This document shows positions 36,680-45,664 of a stretch of 62,228 nucleotides of DNA, piece after piece (the stretch's first letter is position 1; every line of letters starts with the position of its first letter). The DNA is from Clostridia bacterium. Its GTDB lineage: Bacteria > Bacillota > Clostridia > Oscillospirales > UBA644. The stretch lies in contig JAGAOB010000047.1 of assembly GCA_017623895.1 (NCBI GenBank), positions 1 to 62,228 on the forward strand, read 5' to 3'. The notes beneath the pieces were generated by a model. The model was given only the letters and a program-made list of their open reading frames with translations. It was not told the DNA's origin and searched no databases. The position numbers and the translations under genes are program-made.

Positions 36680-37864
36680 ATGACTGAAATCTTCAACGTC
36701 CTGCGGGACTTTGCGACGGGGTCGGGGATTGCTCAGTTTTTCGAGGCGGGCGGCTGGAAAAACCTGATTATGATCGGGATTTCCTGCGTTTTGATCTATC
36801 TCGCCATTCGGCATAAATTTGAGCCCCTGCTCCTGCTCCCCATTGCCTTCGGGATGCTTTTGACCAACCTGCCCATCTCGGGATTGATGCATATGGAATT
36901 CTTCGAGGGTGGGGCAGTGAATATGGGTGAGATCATTGCTCACGGCGGACTGTTCGATTGGCTCTACTTGGGGGTCAAGTTCGGAATCTACCCGCCCCTG
37001 ATCTTTTTGGGCGTGGGTGCAATGACCGACTTTTCCCCGCTGATCGCCAATCCTAAGAGTATTCTTTTGGGTGCCGCCGCACAGGTGGGAATCTTCGCCA
37101 CGTTCTTAATTGCCATTTGTCTTGGGTTTACCCCCGCTGAGGCCGCTTCCATCGGAATCATCGGCGGCGCAGACGGTCCCACTGCCATTTTGGTCACGAA
37201 GACCTTAGCTCCCCATCTGTTGGGTGCCATCGCCGTTGCCGCTTATTCCTATATGGCGTTGGTCCCCATTATCCAACCCCCCATCATGAAAATGCTGACC
37301 ACCAAAAAGGAACGAATGATTCGGATGGACAATCTCCGTCCCGTTTCCAAATTGGAACGGATTTTGTTCCCCATTGTGGTTACCGTTGTCGTTATTCTCA
37401 TTATTCCCGATTCCGCACCGTTGGTTGGGATGCTGATGCTCGGCAACCTTGCCAAGGAATGCGGCGTTGTGGATCGCATCAGCAAGACCGCACAAAACGA
37501 GCTGATGAACATTATCACCATTTTCCTCGGCTTGACCGTAGGCGCTACTGCAAAGGCGGATAATTTCCTGAGCTTGAAAACCCTGCTGATCATCGGTATG
37601 GGACTGTTTGCCTTCTGCCTTGCCACCGCCGCAGGGGTATTGTTCGGGAAGGTGATGTGCGTGGTTACCAAAGGAAAGGTCAATCCTTTGATTGGTGCGG
37701 CGGGGGTTTCTGCCGTTCCTATGGCGGCCCGCGTTGCCAACACCGTAGGTCAGCAGGCTGATCCGGGCAACTTCCTTTTGATGCACGCTATGGGGCCCAA
37801 CGTTGCGGGGGTCATCGGTTCTGCCGTCGCCGCCGGCGTGTTTTTGAATATGTTCGGCGCTTAA
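36680..37864 (+). CDS. sodium ion-translocating decarboxylase beta subunit
   Basis: OadB/MmdB/GcdB-type polytopic protein ([24 protein letters not shown]). Confidence 0.9.
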   Translation: MTEIFNVLRDFATGSGIAQFFEAGGWKNLIMIGISCVLIYLAIRHKFEPLLLLPIAFGMLLTNLPISGLMHMEFFEGGAVNMGEIIAHGGLFDWLYLGVKFGIYPPLIFLGVGAMTDFSPLIANPKSILLGAAAQVGIFATFLIAICLGFTPAEAASIGIIGGADGPTAILVTKTLAPHLLGAIAVAAYSYMALVPIIQPPIMKMLTTKKERMIRMDNLRPVSKLERILFPIVVTVVVILIIPDSAPLVGMLMLGNLAKECGVVDRISKTAQNELMNIITIFLGLTVGATAKADNFLSLKTLLIIGMGLFAFCLATAAGVLFGKVMCVVTKGKVNPLIGAAGVSAVPMAARVANTVGQQADPGNFLLMHAMGPNVAGVIGSAVAAGVFLNMFGA

Positions 37865-37886
37865 TCAACAGAAAGGGAATTCAGAT

Positions 37887-39275
37887 ATGAGTCAAGTGAA
37901 AATCACCGAAACCATTCTGCGGGACGCGCACCAATCCTTGGTCGCAACCCGTATGACGATGGATGAAATGCTCCCCGCATTGGATCTTCTCGATCAGGTG
38001 GGGTATAACGCCTTGGAGGCTTGGGGCGGAGCGACCTTCGATTCCTGCCTGCGTTTTCTGGACGAGGATCCCTGGCAGAGATTGCGCACCATTCGCAATC
38101 GCGTAAAAAATACCAAGCTTCAGATGCTTCTGCGTGGACAGAATCTGTTGGGGTATCGCAATTACTCGGACGACGTGGTGGAATATTTCGTTCAGAAATC
38201 CCTTGCCAACGGCATTGACGTCATCCGTATTTTCGACGCCCTCAACGATCCCCGCAATCTGAACACTGCCGTAAAGGCAGCGGTTAAGGAGGGCGGTCAC
38301 GTTCAGGCTGCGTTCAGCTATACGCTTTCTCCCGTGCACAACACCGAATCCTTCGTGAAATTCGCAAAGCAGCTGGAGGAGATGGGCGCATCGTCCATTT
38401 GCGTAAAGGATATGGCGGGGCTTTTGGTCCCCTATACCACCTACGAGCTGATCAAAGCGCTGAAGGAAAGCGTCAAGATCCCCATCGAGCTTCACACCCA
38501 CTATACCACGGGTATGGCTTCGATGGTTCTGATGAAGGCGGTAGAGGCAGGGGTGGATATCATCGACACCGCCCTTTCTCCCTTGTCTATGGGTACCTCC
38601 CAGCCTTCCACCGAGGTTATGGTCGCTGCGTTGCAGGGGACGGAATACGATACGGGGCTTGATTTGAACAAGCTCAATCAGGCCGCCAAGATCTTTGCAC
38701 CCTTGCGGGAAAAATATCTTCAGAGCGGACTTCTCAATCCCAAGGTTATGGGGGTTGACGTCAACGGGCTTTTGTATCAGGTTCCCGGCGGAATGCTGTC
38801 CAACCTGGTCTCCCAGCTGAAGCAGATGGGACAAGAGGATAAGTATCAGGCGGTCTTGGAGGAGGTTCCTCGCGTCCGTGCTGATGCGGGATATCCGCCC
38901 CTCGTTACTCCCACCTCCCAAATCGTGGGAACTCAAGCGGTGTTTAACGTGATCTTCGGTCGCTACCAGAACGTTTCCAAGGAAGGCCGCGGCCTGGTCA
39001 AGGGAGAATACGGAAAGACCCCCGTGGAGATCGATCCCGAATTCCGGAAGCAGATTTTGGGCGACGAGCAGCCCATTACCTGTCGTCCCGCCGACCTGAT
39101 CGATCCCGAGCTGGAAGGCCTGCGGGAAAAGGTCAAACAATACGAGGAGCAGCCTGAGGACGTTTTGTCTTACGCTCTGTTCGAGCAGGTTGCCACGAAG
39201 TTCTTCCAAAGCCGTCAGGCAAAGAAGTACGGCGTTGACTCGGTGCACGGCGCCGATGGCGTCCATCCCGTCTGA
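37887..39275 (+). CDS. 5S-type carboxyltransferase (oxaloacetate decarboxylase alpha / pyruvate carboxylase B-like) without a biotinyl domain
   Basis: ITETILRDAHQSL.ATRM, LEAWGGATFD, and the HTHYTTGMA metal site. The protein ends after the association region at 462 aa and has no AMKM motif. Confidence 0.88.
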   Translation: MSQVKITETILRDAHQSLVATRMTMDEMLPALDLLDQVGYNALEAWGGATFDSCLRFLDEDPWQRLRTIRNRVKNTKLQMLLRGQNLLGYRNYSDDVVEYFVQKSLANGIDVIRIFDALNDPRNLNTAVKAAVKEGGHVQAAFSYTLSPVHNTESFVKFAKQLEEMGASSICVKDMAGLLVPYTTYELIKALKESVKIPIELHTHYTTGMASMVLMKAVEAGVDIIDTALSPLSMGTSQPSTEVMVAALQGTEYDTGLDLNKLNQAAKIFAPLREKYLQSGLLNPKVMGVDVNGLLYQVPGGMLSNLVSQLKQMGQEDKYQAVLEEVPRVRADAGYPPLVTPTSQIVGTQAVFNVIFGRYQNVSKEGRGLVKGEYGKTPVEIDPEFRKQILGDEQPITCRPADLIDPELEGLREKVKQYEEQPEDVLSYALFEQVATKFFQSRQAKKYGVDSVHGADGVHPV

Positions 39276-39451
39276 TCGAAAAAAATTGCGATCCTCTAAG
39301 CCAATGAGCTAAATCGTTGTCCTGTCGATATAGACGGATTCTTTTCAAGAATATTGTTCCCCCGACCCAACGCTGAATCAGCTTGTGCGGATAGAGCACT
39401 GGTTGACTCGGCAAGGATCGGGGGAGTCTTTTTTTTGTAATAAAAAAGTAA

Positions 39452-39527
39452 AATAATAAGGCACCTTACTATCTTGACAGTGCAGGAAAATTGTGGTATA
39501 CTGAAAATAGTAAGGTGCCTTATTATT
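39452..39527 (+). promoter_or_regulatory. promoter bracketed by a perfect 21-bp inverted repeat (likely MarR operator pair)
   Basis: aataataaggcaccttactat (39452-72) and atagtaaggtgccttattatt (39507-27) flank TTGACA (39474-79), a 17-nt spacer, and TGgTATACT (39494-39502). Confidence 0.65.
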
Positions 39528-39547
39528 TTTGGAAGGAACGCGCTGTT

Positions 39548-39991
39548 ATGGATGACGTAACGCTATGGAAGGAATTTCGCCGCCTTCGAATCCACGACCA
39601 TCGATCAAGCTCCCCGCCCCCGCTCGGAGAAGAAACGGCGAAGAAGCCCCCTTGCCGACGGGGATATTTCCTCGTGCTGGAGTGTTTGGAGCAAGGAACG
39701 GGGAAAACGCAAAAGGAGATTGCGGACGCCGTGGGGATTCGGGCACAATCGTTGTCCGAGGCTCTGGCAGGAATGGAAGAAAAGGGCTTGATCCAACGGG
39801 TTGCCGACGCGGAAGACCGTCGGGCAATACGGGTATTTATCACCGAGGCGGGAATACGGTTCCGCGACGAAAGAAAGCGGGAGATCAAGCTTCGCGCTGA
39901 AGAGCTGTTCCGCCCCTTATCGGAGGAGGAAAAGAAAACGATGTACGATATTTTGCGTAAATTGCGTCGAGACGCACGAGAGGAGGAATGA
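39548..39991 (+). CDS. MarR-family transcriptional regulator
   Basis: Winged-HTH pattern (QKEIADAVGIRAQSLSEALAGMEEKGLIQRVADAEDRRAIRVFITEAG). Its stop overlaps the ABC gene start. Confidence 0.85.
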   Translation: MDDVTLWKEFRRLRIHDHRSSSPPPLGEETAKKPPCRRGYFLVLECLEQGTGKTQKEIADAVGIRAQSLSEALAGMEEKGLIQRVADAEDRRAIRVFITEAGIRFRDERKREIKLRAEELFRPLSEEEKKTMYDILRKLRRDAREEE

Positions 39992-41910
39992 CGATGCCAC
40001 CGAGAGGAGGAATGCCCTACGAGCATAAAAAAGTGGCTCCGCCAAAGGATTTTAAGGATCTGTTTCGTTATCTGAAAGAGGTCTTCGGCGGATTTTTCAC
40101 CCGCTTTTTCTACGTTGTCACCTTGGTTTGGGCGTCGGGGAAATGGATTATGTTTCTCCTTTCCTTTATCGCTCTTTTTCAAGGAATTACCCCCATTCTC
40201 GGGTCGTTGATCTCCAAGGAGATCCTCAATGAGCTGCAGAATATCATTTCCAGCGGCGCTTTGCCTGCCTCCCAATTCTGGACGTCTCCGATTTTGTATT
40301 TGCTGATCTTTTTCTTTTCCTATCAGCTGCTGCTCCGCATTGTTAACAACGTCAGCAGCGCCCTGAATCAAATCGCGGGAGAAAAGGTGGTCCAGCAGGT
40401 AAAGCTTCGTATTATGGAAAAGTCTAAGAGGCTGGATCTGGCCTCCTTCGACGACGCATCCTTTTACGAACGAATGGAAAACGCCAATCGTGAGGCGGGA
40501 CACCGTCCGCTGCAGGTGCTCTCGGAAACCTTCGGTATCGTTAGTACGGTGATTGAATTTATCAGCTTTCTCACGGTCTTGCTTTCGGTTCCCGGGCTGT
40601 GGTGGTCGGCACCGACGGTGGTTGCGGTCTCTATTCCCTCGGCGGTCATCAATTACGTGTATCGAAACAAGCATTTCCGCTATCTGCGCTGGCGCTCCAA
40701 GGAGCGGCGGCAGATGCATTACTACTCCGAGCTTTTGGTGGACAAGGACAAGGTCAAGGAGGTACGCCTCTTTGATCTGGCGGACACGTTTATCGGTCGC
40801 TATCTGTCCGTGTTCCGTACGTATTACAACGGACTTCGCCGCTTGATTCTGCAGGAAAGCGTTCTGCATATCGTTATTGCTCTGTTTTCTTGTGCGACGA
40901 ATCTCACGTTTTATGCCCTCATCGCTCAAAAGGTGTTTGTCGGAGAGATTATGATCGGGGATTACACCTTGTTTACAGGGGCGATTCTGTCGGTTTCCAA
41001 CTGTGTAGCAACGCTGATCAACCGATCGGGATCCATCTACGAGGGCACGCTTTTTATCGACAATCTGATGGCGTTCTTGAAAGAGCCCTCCTCCGTGTTA
41101 TCTCCCGCTCAGCCCGCCCCTCTTTCCCGTGGCATCGGGCATCGGGTGGAATTTAAGCACGTATCCTTCCGTTACCCCGGGACCGATCGGGACGTATTGA
41201 AGGATCTGAATTTTGTGATCGAGGCGGGACAAACGATGGTTTTGGTGGGTTTGAACGGTGCAGGAAAGACCACGCTGATCAAGCTTCTCACCCGCTTGTA
41301 CGATCCTACGGAGGGACAAATTCTGTTGGACGGAAGGGATCTGAAGGAATATGACCTGAAGAGCCTTTATCGGATTTTTGGGATTATTTTTCAGGATTTT
41401 GGGAAGTACGCGGAAACGGTGGAGGAGAACGTTCGCTTCGGCGATATTCACCGTCAGCCCGACCCCGAGCTTATGCAAAATGCGGTAGAGCAGGCGTCTG
41501 CCAAGGATTTCGTGGACCGTCTCCCCGAAGGAATGAACACACCTCTGATGCGAATCTTTGAAAAGAACGGAATTGAGCTTTCCATCGGTCAGTGGCAGAA
41601 GCTTGCCATCGCCCGCGCCTTTTATTCGGATTCCGACGTTCTGATCCTCGATGAGCCCACCGCCTCCCTCGATCCGATGGCGGAGCAGGAGATCTTTCAT
41701 CAGTTCGACCGCCTGCGGGAAGGAAAGACCACCATTTTCGTTTCTCACCGTCTTTCCAGTGCCACCGTGGCAGATACGGTTTTGGTGTTAGAAAACGGAC
41801 GCGTGGAGGAGATGGGACATCACGACCGCTTAATGGAGCAAAAGGGAAAATACTACAAGCTGTTTACCACCCAAGCGGAGCGCTATCGCTCTCAATCTGC
41901 ACAGAATTAA
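39988..41910 (+). CDS. ABC exporter, fused permease/ATPase
   Basis: N-terminal 6-TM domain, GLNGAGKTT, LSIGQWQKLAIARA, LILDEPTA. Confidence 0.9.
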   Translation: MTMPPRGGMPYEHKKVAPPKDFKDLFRYLKEVFGGFFTRFFYVVTLVWASGKWIMFLLSFIALFQGITPILGSLISKEILNELQNIISSGALPASQFWTSPILYLLIFFFSYQLLLRIVNNVSSALNQIAGEKVVQQVKLRIMEKSKRLDLASFDDASFYERMENANREAGHRPLQVLSETFGIVSTVIEFISFLTVLLSVPGLWWSAPTVVAVSIPSAVINYVYRNKHFRYLRWRSKERRQMHYYSELLVDKDKVKEVRLFDLADTFIGRYLSVFRTYYNGLRRLILQESVLHIVIALFSCATNLTFYALIAQKVFVGEIMIGDYTLFTGAILSVSNCVATLINRSGSIYEGTLFIDNLMAFLKEPSSVLSPAQPAPLSRGIGHRVEFKHVSFRYPGTDRDVLKDLNFVIEAGQTMVLVGLNGAGKTTLIKLLTRLYDPTEGQILLDGRDLKEYDLKSLYRIFGIIFQDFGKYAETVEENVRFGDIHRQPDPELMQNAVEQASAKDFVDRLPEGMNTPLMRIFEKNGIELSIGQWQKLAIARAFYSDSDVLILDEPTASLDPMAEQEIFHQFDRLREGKTTIFVSHRLSSATVADTVLVLENGRVEEMGHHDRLMEQKGKYYKLFTTQAERYRSQSAQN

Positions 41911-41954
41911 AAGAAAAAGACCCGTTCTCCCGAACAGGCCGATCGGGTTTTTTG

Positions 41955-41990
41955 CAAAAAAAGAAGCACCCTTTCTGAAAAGGGTGCTTC
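41955..41990 (-). terminator. terminator after tRNA-Val
   Basis: On the minus strand, gaagcaccctt / aagggtgcttc stem followed by T7. Confidence 0.75.
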
Positions 41991-41991
41991 G

Positions 41992-42067
41992 TGGTGGACG
42001 GTAAGGAACTCGAATCCCTGACCCTCTGCACGTCAAGCAGATGCTCTACCAGCTGAGCTAACCGTCC
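41992..42067 (-). tRNA. tRNA-Val (anticodon GAC), CCA encoded
   Basis: I folded the cloverleaf by hand. Acceptor GGACGGT/ACCGTCC, D stem GCTC/GAGC, anticodon stem TCTGC/GCAGA with loop TTGACGT, T loop TTCGAGT, and 3' ACCA. Confidence 0.92.
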
Positions 42068-42080
42068 GAATCGCTTGTAT

Positions 42081-42109
42081 ATTATACAACAAAAGCGTTG
42101 CCTTGTCAA
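42081..42109 (-). promoter_or_regulatory. sigma-A promoter for tRNA-Val
   Basis: On the minus strand, TTGACA (42109-04), a 17-nt spacer, TATAAT (42086-81). Confidence 0.65.
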
Positions 42110-42161
42110 TAGAGTTCACAAAAATGTGAAATATTTTTTTCTCCAAAGGAAATCATAAAAA

Positions 42162-42425
42162 TTGACGGTGTCCCGCGAACGGCGTATAATGGGATTGGCA
42201 CCCCTCTTTCGCGGGCGGCATTGTAAGCGATGACGGAAGCGTCCCCCTCTTTCGCAGGCGGTATTATGCGCGATATGCAAGCGAGCACCTCGCTCCGATT
42301 TCGCGGGCGGCATTGTAAGCGATGCTGTAAGAGCGCGCCCTGCCTCGCCCCCGCGATGGGGCCTACGTTCGGTTTGGAATGGGCGCCCTAAAGACGATCT
42401 GTACTCCAAATCAAAGGAGGAAGAA
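42162..42425 (+). promoter_or_regulatory. mgtE promoter and ~230-nt leader made of three tandem ~43-49-nt repeats
   Basis: TTGACG (42162-67), a 17-nt spacer, TATAAT (42185-90). The tttcgc[g/a]ggcgg[c/t]att[g/a]t.. core occurs at 42207, 42250 and 42299. Confidence 0.6.
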
Positions 42426-42428
42426 GTG

Positions 42429-43814
42429 ATGAAAGAAATTATTCTGGGACTTTTGGATGAAAGAGCCTATGATAAATTGAAATCGGTGCAACGGGAGATT
42501 GCGCCCCAGGACCTTGCCGAGCTTCTGCAGGAATTGCGGGAGGATGGGCGAAAAAGCGACGTTCTCACGCTGTTTCGACTTCTGCCCAAGCAAGCCGCAG
42601 CAGAGGTCTTTGTGGAGATGGATGCCGAGTTGCAGGAGGCGTTGATTCGGGATTACAGCGACGGAGAGTTGCGGAGTATTCTGAACGAGCTGTATTTGGA
42701 CGATACCGTGGATCTGATCGAAGAAATGCCCGCAAACGTGGTGCGCCGCATCTTAAAGGTGACCGATGCGAAGACGCGGGCGCAGATCAATGAAATTTTG
42801 AATTACGCCGACGACAGCGCGGGCAGCATTATGACGGTGGAATACGTGGCGCTGAACGGTGATATGACCGTCTCCGAGGCCTTCGCCCGTATTCGACGTA
42901 CGGGAGTAGACAAGGAGACCATCTATACCTGCTACGTCATTGACGCGGGGCGCAGGCTTGTGGGGACGGTTTCGGCAAGGACTCTTTTATTGGCGGATGA
43001 ATTTGAGACCATCGCCGACCTGATGACCCCTCATCCCTTTTCCGTTACCACGGATACAGACCGTGAAATCGCCGTCAATCTTTTTGAAAAATACGACCTT
43101 CTCGCCCTTCCCGTGGTGGATCGGGAGGAGCGACTTGTGGGCATCGTGACCGTGGACGACGCGATGGATGTTTTATTGGAGGAGACGACGGAGGATATTC
43201 AAAAAATGGCGGCGATCATCCCCACGGAAAAGCCGTATCTGAAGATCGGCGTTCTGGAAACGTGGAGACACCGCATCCCGTGGCTTCTGATTATGATGCT
43301 GTCTGCCACCTTTACCCAGATCATTATTTCGGGATTCGAGGCAAAGCTGCAGTCCGTGGTGATTCTTACCGCCTTTATCCCGATGTTGATGGGGACGGGG
43401 GGAAATTGCGGAAGCCAATCCTCCGTATCGGTCATTCGAAGTCTTTCCTTGGATGAGATCCGTCTGCGGGACGTTGGAAAGATTCTGTGGAAGGAGACAC
43501 GGGTGGCGATAGTCAGCGGGGCAACCCTTGCCGTTGTCAGCTTTCTGAAGGTCCTGCTTTTGGACCGATGGCTGTTGGGCTCGGCAGAGATCGACGCTGC
43601 GGTGTCCTTGACCGTTGCTCTTTCCTTGGCCGTTACGGTGGTTATCGCAAAAACCGTGGGCTGTATTCTTCCCCTGCTTGCCAAGCGCCTTGGGTTGGAC
43701 CCCGCAGTGATGGCGGCGCCCTTTATCACCACCATCGTGGATGGGCTGGCGCTTTTGGCGTATTTTTGTATGGCTTCTCTGCTTTTGGCAAGCCGCTTTT
43801 CGACGGCTGTCTGA
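42429..43814 (+). CDS. mgtE: magnesium transporter MgtE
   Basis: MgtE N-domain, two CBS domains, and a C-terminal TM domain (MLMGTGGNCGSQSS). A GTG at 42426 is an alternative start. Confidence 0.92.
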   Translation: MKEIILGLLDERAYDKLKSVQREIAPQDLAELLQELREDGRKSDVLTLFRLLPKQAAAEVFVEMDAELQEALIRDYSDGELRSILNELYLDDTVDLIEEMPANVVRRILKVTDAKTRAQINEILNYADDSAGSIMTVEYVALNGDMTVSEAFARIRRTGVDKETIYTCYVIDAGRRLVGTVSARTLLLADEFETIADLMTPHPFSVTTDTDREIAVNLFEKYDLLALPVVDREERLVGIVTVDDAMDVLLEETTEDIQKMAAIIPTEKPYLKIGVLETWRHRIPWLLIMMLSATFTQIIISGFEAKLQSVVILTAFIPMLMGTGGNCGSQSSVSVIRSLSLDEIRLRDVGKILWKETRVAIVSGATLAVVSFLKVLLLDRWLLGSAEIDAAVSLTVALSLAVTVVIAKTVGCILPLLAKRLGLDPAVMAAPFITTIVDGLALLAYFCMASLLLASRFSTAV

Positions 43815-43820
43815 CGGGAC

Positions 43821-43848
43821 GGCTCCGCTGGTTGAGCGGAGCCTTTTT
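43821..43848 (+). terminator. rho-independent terminator
   Basis: ggctccgc / gcggagcc stem followed by T5. Confidence 0.8.
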
Positions 43849-43924
43849 CTTGCAAAAAGCCTTGACAATCCGTCGAAATATGTTATAATAATAAGGTATA
43901 CAACGAAAGAAAGGTCTCTTGACG

Positions 43925-45646
43925 ATGCTGCGGAATTTTATTTCTTACTACAAACCCTATCGGAAAATGTTTTTCATCGATATGGCTTGCGCATTGCTGG
44001 TTTCTGTCTGCAACCTGATCTATCCTTATCTTGCAAAGGATATTATCAACGTTTACGTGCCCGACAAAAATTTGCAAATGATTCTGCTGTGGGGCGGGAT
44101 TCTGCTGGGGATCTATCTGATCAAGGCCCTGCTGAATTTCGTTATCCAGTATTGGGGGCACTTGGTGGGCGTCGGGATGCAAGGGGATATGCGCAGCGAT
44201 CTGTTCCGCAAAATGCAATCGTTACCCTTTTCCTTTTTCGACGATAACAAGACGGGGGCTCTGATGTCCCGCGTGACCAACGACCTGCAGGATATTTCCG
44301 AATTGGCACATCACGGACCCGAGGATCTTTTTCTGTCGGTCTTATCCTTGCTGGGTGCGTTCTTTATTATGATCGGGATTGATTGGCGACTGACGCTGAT
44401 CGTTTACTCCGCCATCCCCTTCGTGGTTTTGTTTGCGGTTCTGACCCGCAAGGAAATGATGCGAGCGTTTAAGCTGTCTCGGCAGGAGGTTGCAGGGGTA
44501 AATGCGGAATTGGAAACCTCTATTTCCGGGATTCGGGTCTCCAAATCCTATACCGCCGAGGCTTCGGAACAGGAAAAATTCGACCGTGCCAACGACAAAT
44601 TCCGCTTTGCTAAACGACTGTCCTATCGCATTATGGGTATTTTCTTCTCCGGGATGGGACTGATGACCGACATTCTGTATCTTCTCACCTTGATTGCCGC
44701 GGGCATCTTCTTCTTGAACGGGGAAATCGACCCCGGCGAATTTGCCGCCTTTTTGCTTTATATTTCGATGTTTTTGGATCCCATCAAAAAGCTGATCAAT
44801 ATTTTTGAACAGCTGCAGAACGGAATGACGGGATTTGCCCGCTTCCGCGAGATTATGGATCAAGAGCCCGAAACGGATTGTGAGAATCCTGAGGAATTGG
44901 GGACCGTTCGCGGGGAGATCCGCTTTGAAAACGTGACCTTTTCCTATCGGGAGGGGGATGAGAATCCCGTCATCGACAATCTTTCCCTCACGATTGCCGC
45001 AGGACGTACCGTGGCGCTGGTGGGTCCCTCGGGAGGGGGAAAGACCACGCTTTGCAATCTGATTCCCCGATTCTATGAAATCGACAGCGGAGCAATCACG
45101 TTGGACGGACACGATATTCGCAATCTGCGTCGACGGGATCTTCGTCAAAACATCGGAACCGTCGCTCAAGACGTCTTTTTGTTTGAGGGCACCGTTCGGG
45201 ACAATATTCGCTTTGGCAAGCCCGATGCTACGGAGGAAGAGATTATTCAAGCCGCAAAGAAGGCGGAGATCCACGATTTCGTTTCGTCTCTCCCCGAGGG
45301 ATACGACACCAACGTGGGAGAACGGGGTGTCAGACTTTCGGGCGGACAGAAGCAGCGCATCTCCATCGCCCGCGTCTTTTTGAAGGACCCCGCCATTCTG
45401 ATTCTTGACGAGGCAACCTCTGCCCTGGATAACGTGACCGAGCAGCAGATCCGTCGGGCCTTGGATAAATTAAGTGAAGGCAGAACGGGGTTGATCGTTG
45501 CCCACCGCCTTTCCACGGTGAAAAACGCCGACGAGATCATCGTGCTGACCGCCGACGGCGTTGCGGAACGGGGAAATCACCAACAGCTCCTGGATAAGAA
45601 CGGCATTTACGCCGATTTGTACCGTTCTCAATTTAAGGAAGATTAA
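43925..45646 (+). CDS. ABC exporter, fused permease/ATPase
   Basis: GPSGGGKTT, LSGGQKQRISIARV, LILDEATSALD. I prefer the ATG at 43925 over the TTG at 43919. Confidence 0.9.
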   Translation: MLRNFISYYKPYRKMFFIDMACALLVSVCNLIYPYLAKDIINVYVPDKNLQMILLWGGILLGIYLIKALLNFVIQYWGHLVGVGMQGDMRSDLFRKMQSLPFSFFDDNKTGALMSRVTNDLQDISELAHHGPEDLFLSVLSLLGAFFIMIGIDWRLTLIVYSAIPFVVLFAVLTRKEMMRAFKLSRQEVAGVNAELETSISGIRVSKSYTAEASEQEKFDRANDKFRFAKRLSYRIMGIFFSGMGLMTDILYLLTLIAAGIFFLNGEIDPGEFAAFLLYISMFLDPIKKLINIFEQLQNGMTGFARFREIMDQEPETDCENPEELGTVRGEIRFENVTFSYREGDENPVIDNLSLTIAAGRTVALVGPSGGGKTTLCNLIPRFYEIDSGAITLDGHDIRNLRRRDLRQNIGTVAQDVFLFEGTVRDNIRFGKPDATEEEIIQAAKKAEIHDFVSSLPEGYDTNVGERGVRLSGGQKQRISIARVFLKDPAILILDEATSALDNVTEQQIRRALDKLSEGRTGLIVAHRLSTVKNADEIIVLTADGVAERGNHQQLLDKNGIYADLYRSQFKED

Positions 45647-45664
45647 CCGAAAAGAGGAAAATCT

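Noticed and set aside
37881-39266. 461-aa minus-strand ORF, and similar long antisense ORFs at 39523..40929, 47699..48913, 22173..23201, 61298..62218, 8478..9212, 16867..17739 and 60180..61019
   Set aside because: Each lies exactly opposite a CDS with strong motif support (5S carboxyltransferase, MarR/ABC, nrdD, LOG, uxuA, ypeB, HAD, uxaC). Each has low-complexity, Arg/Gly/His-rich translations.
42197-42425. M-box (ykoK) Mg2+ riboswitch upstream of mgtE
   Set aside because: The position is the expected one, but none of the conserved M-box strings I can recall are present. The leader is instead three tandem repeats. It is kept as an open finding and not called as an M-box.
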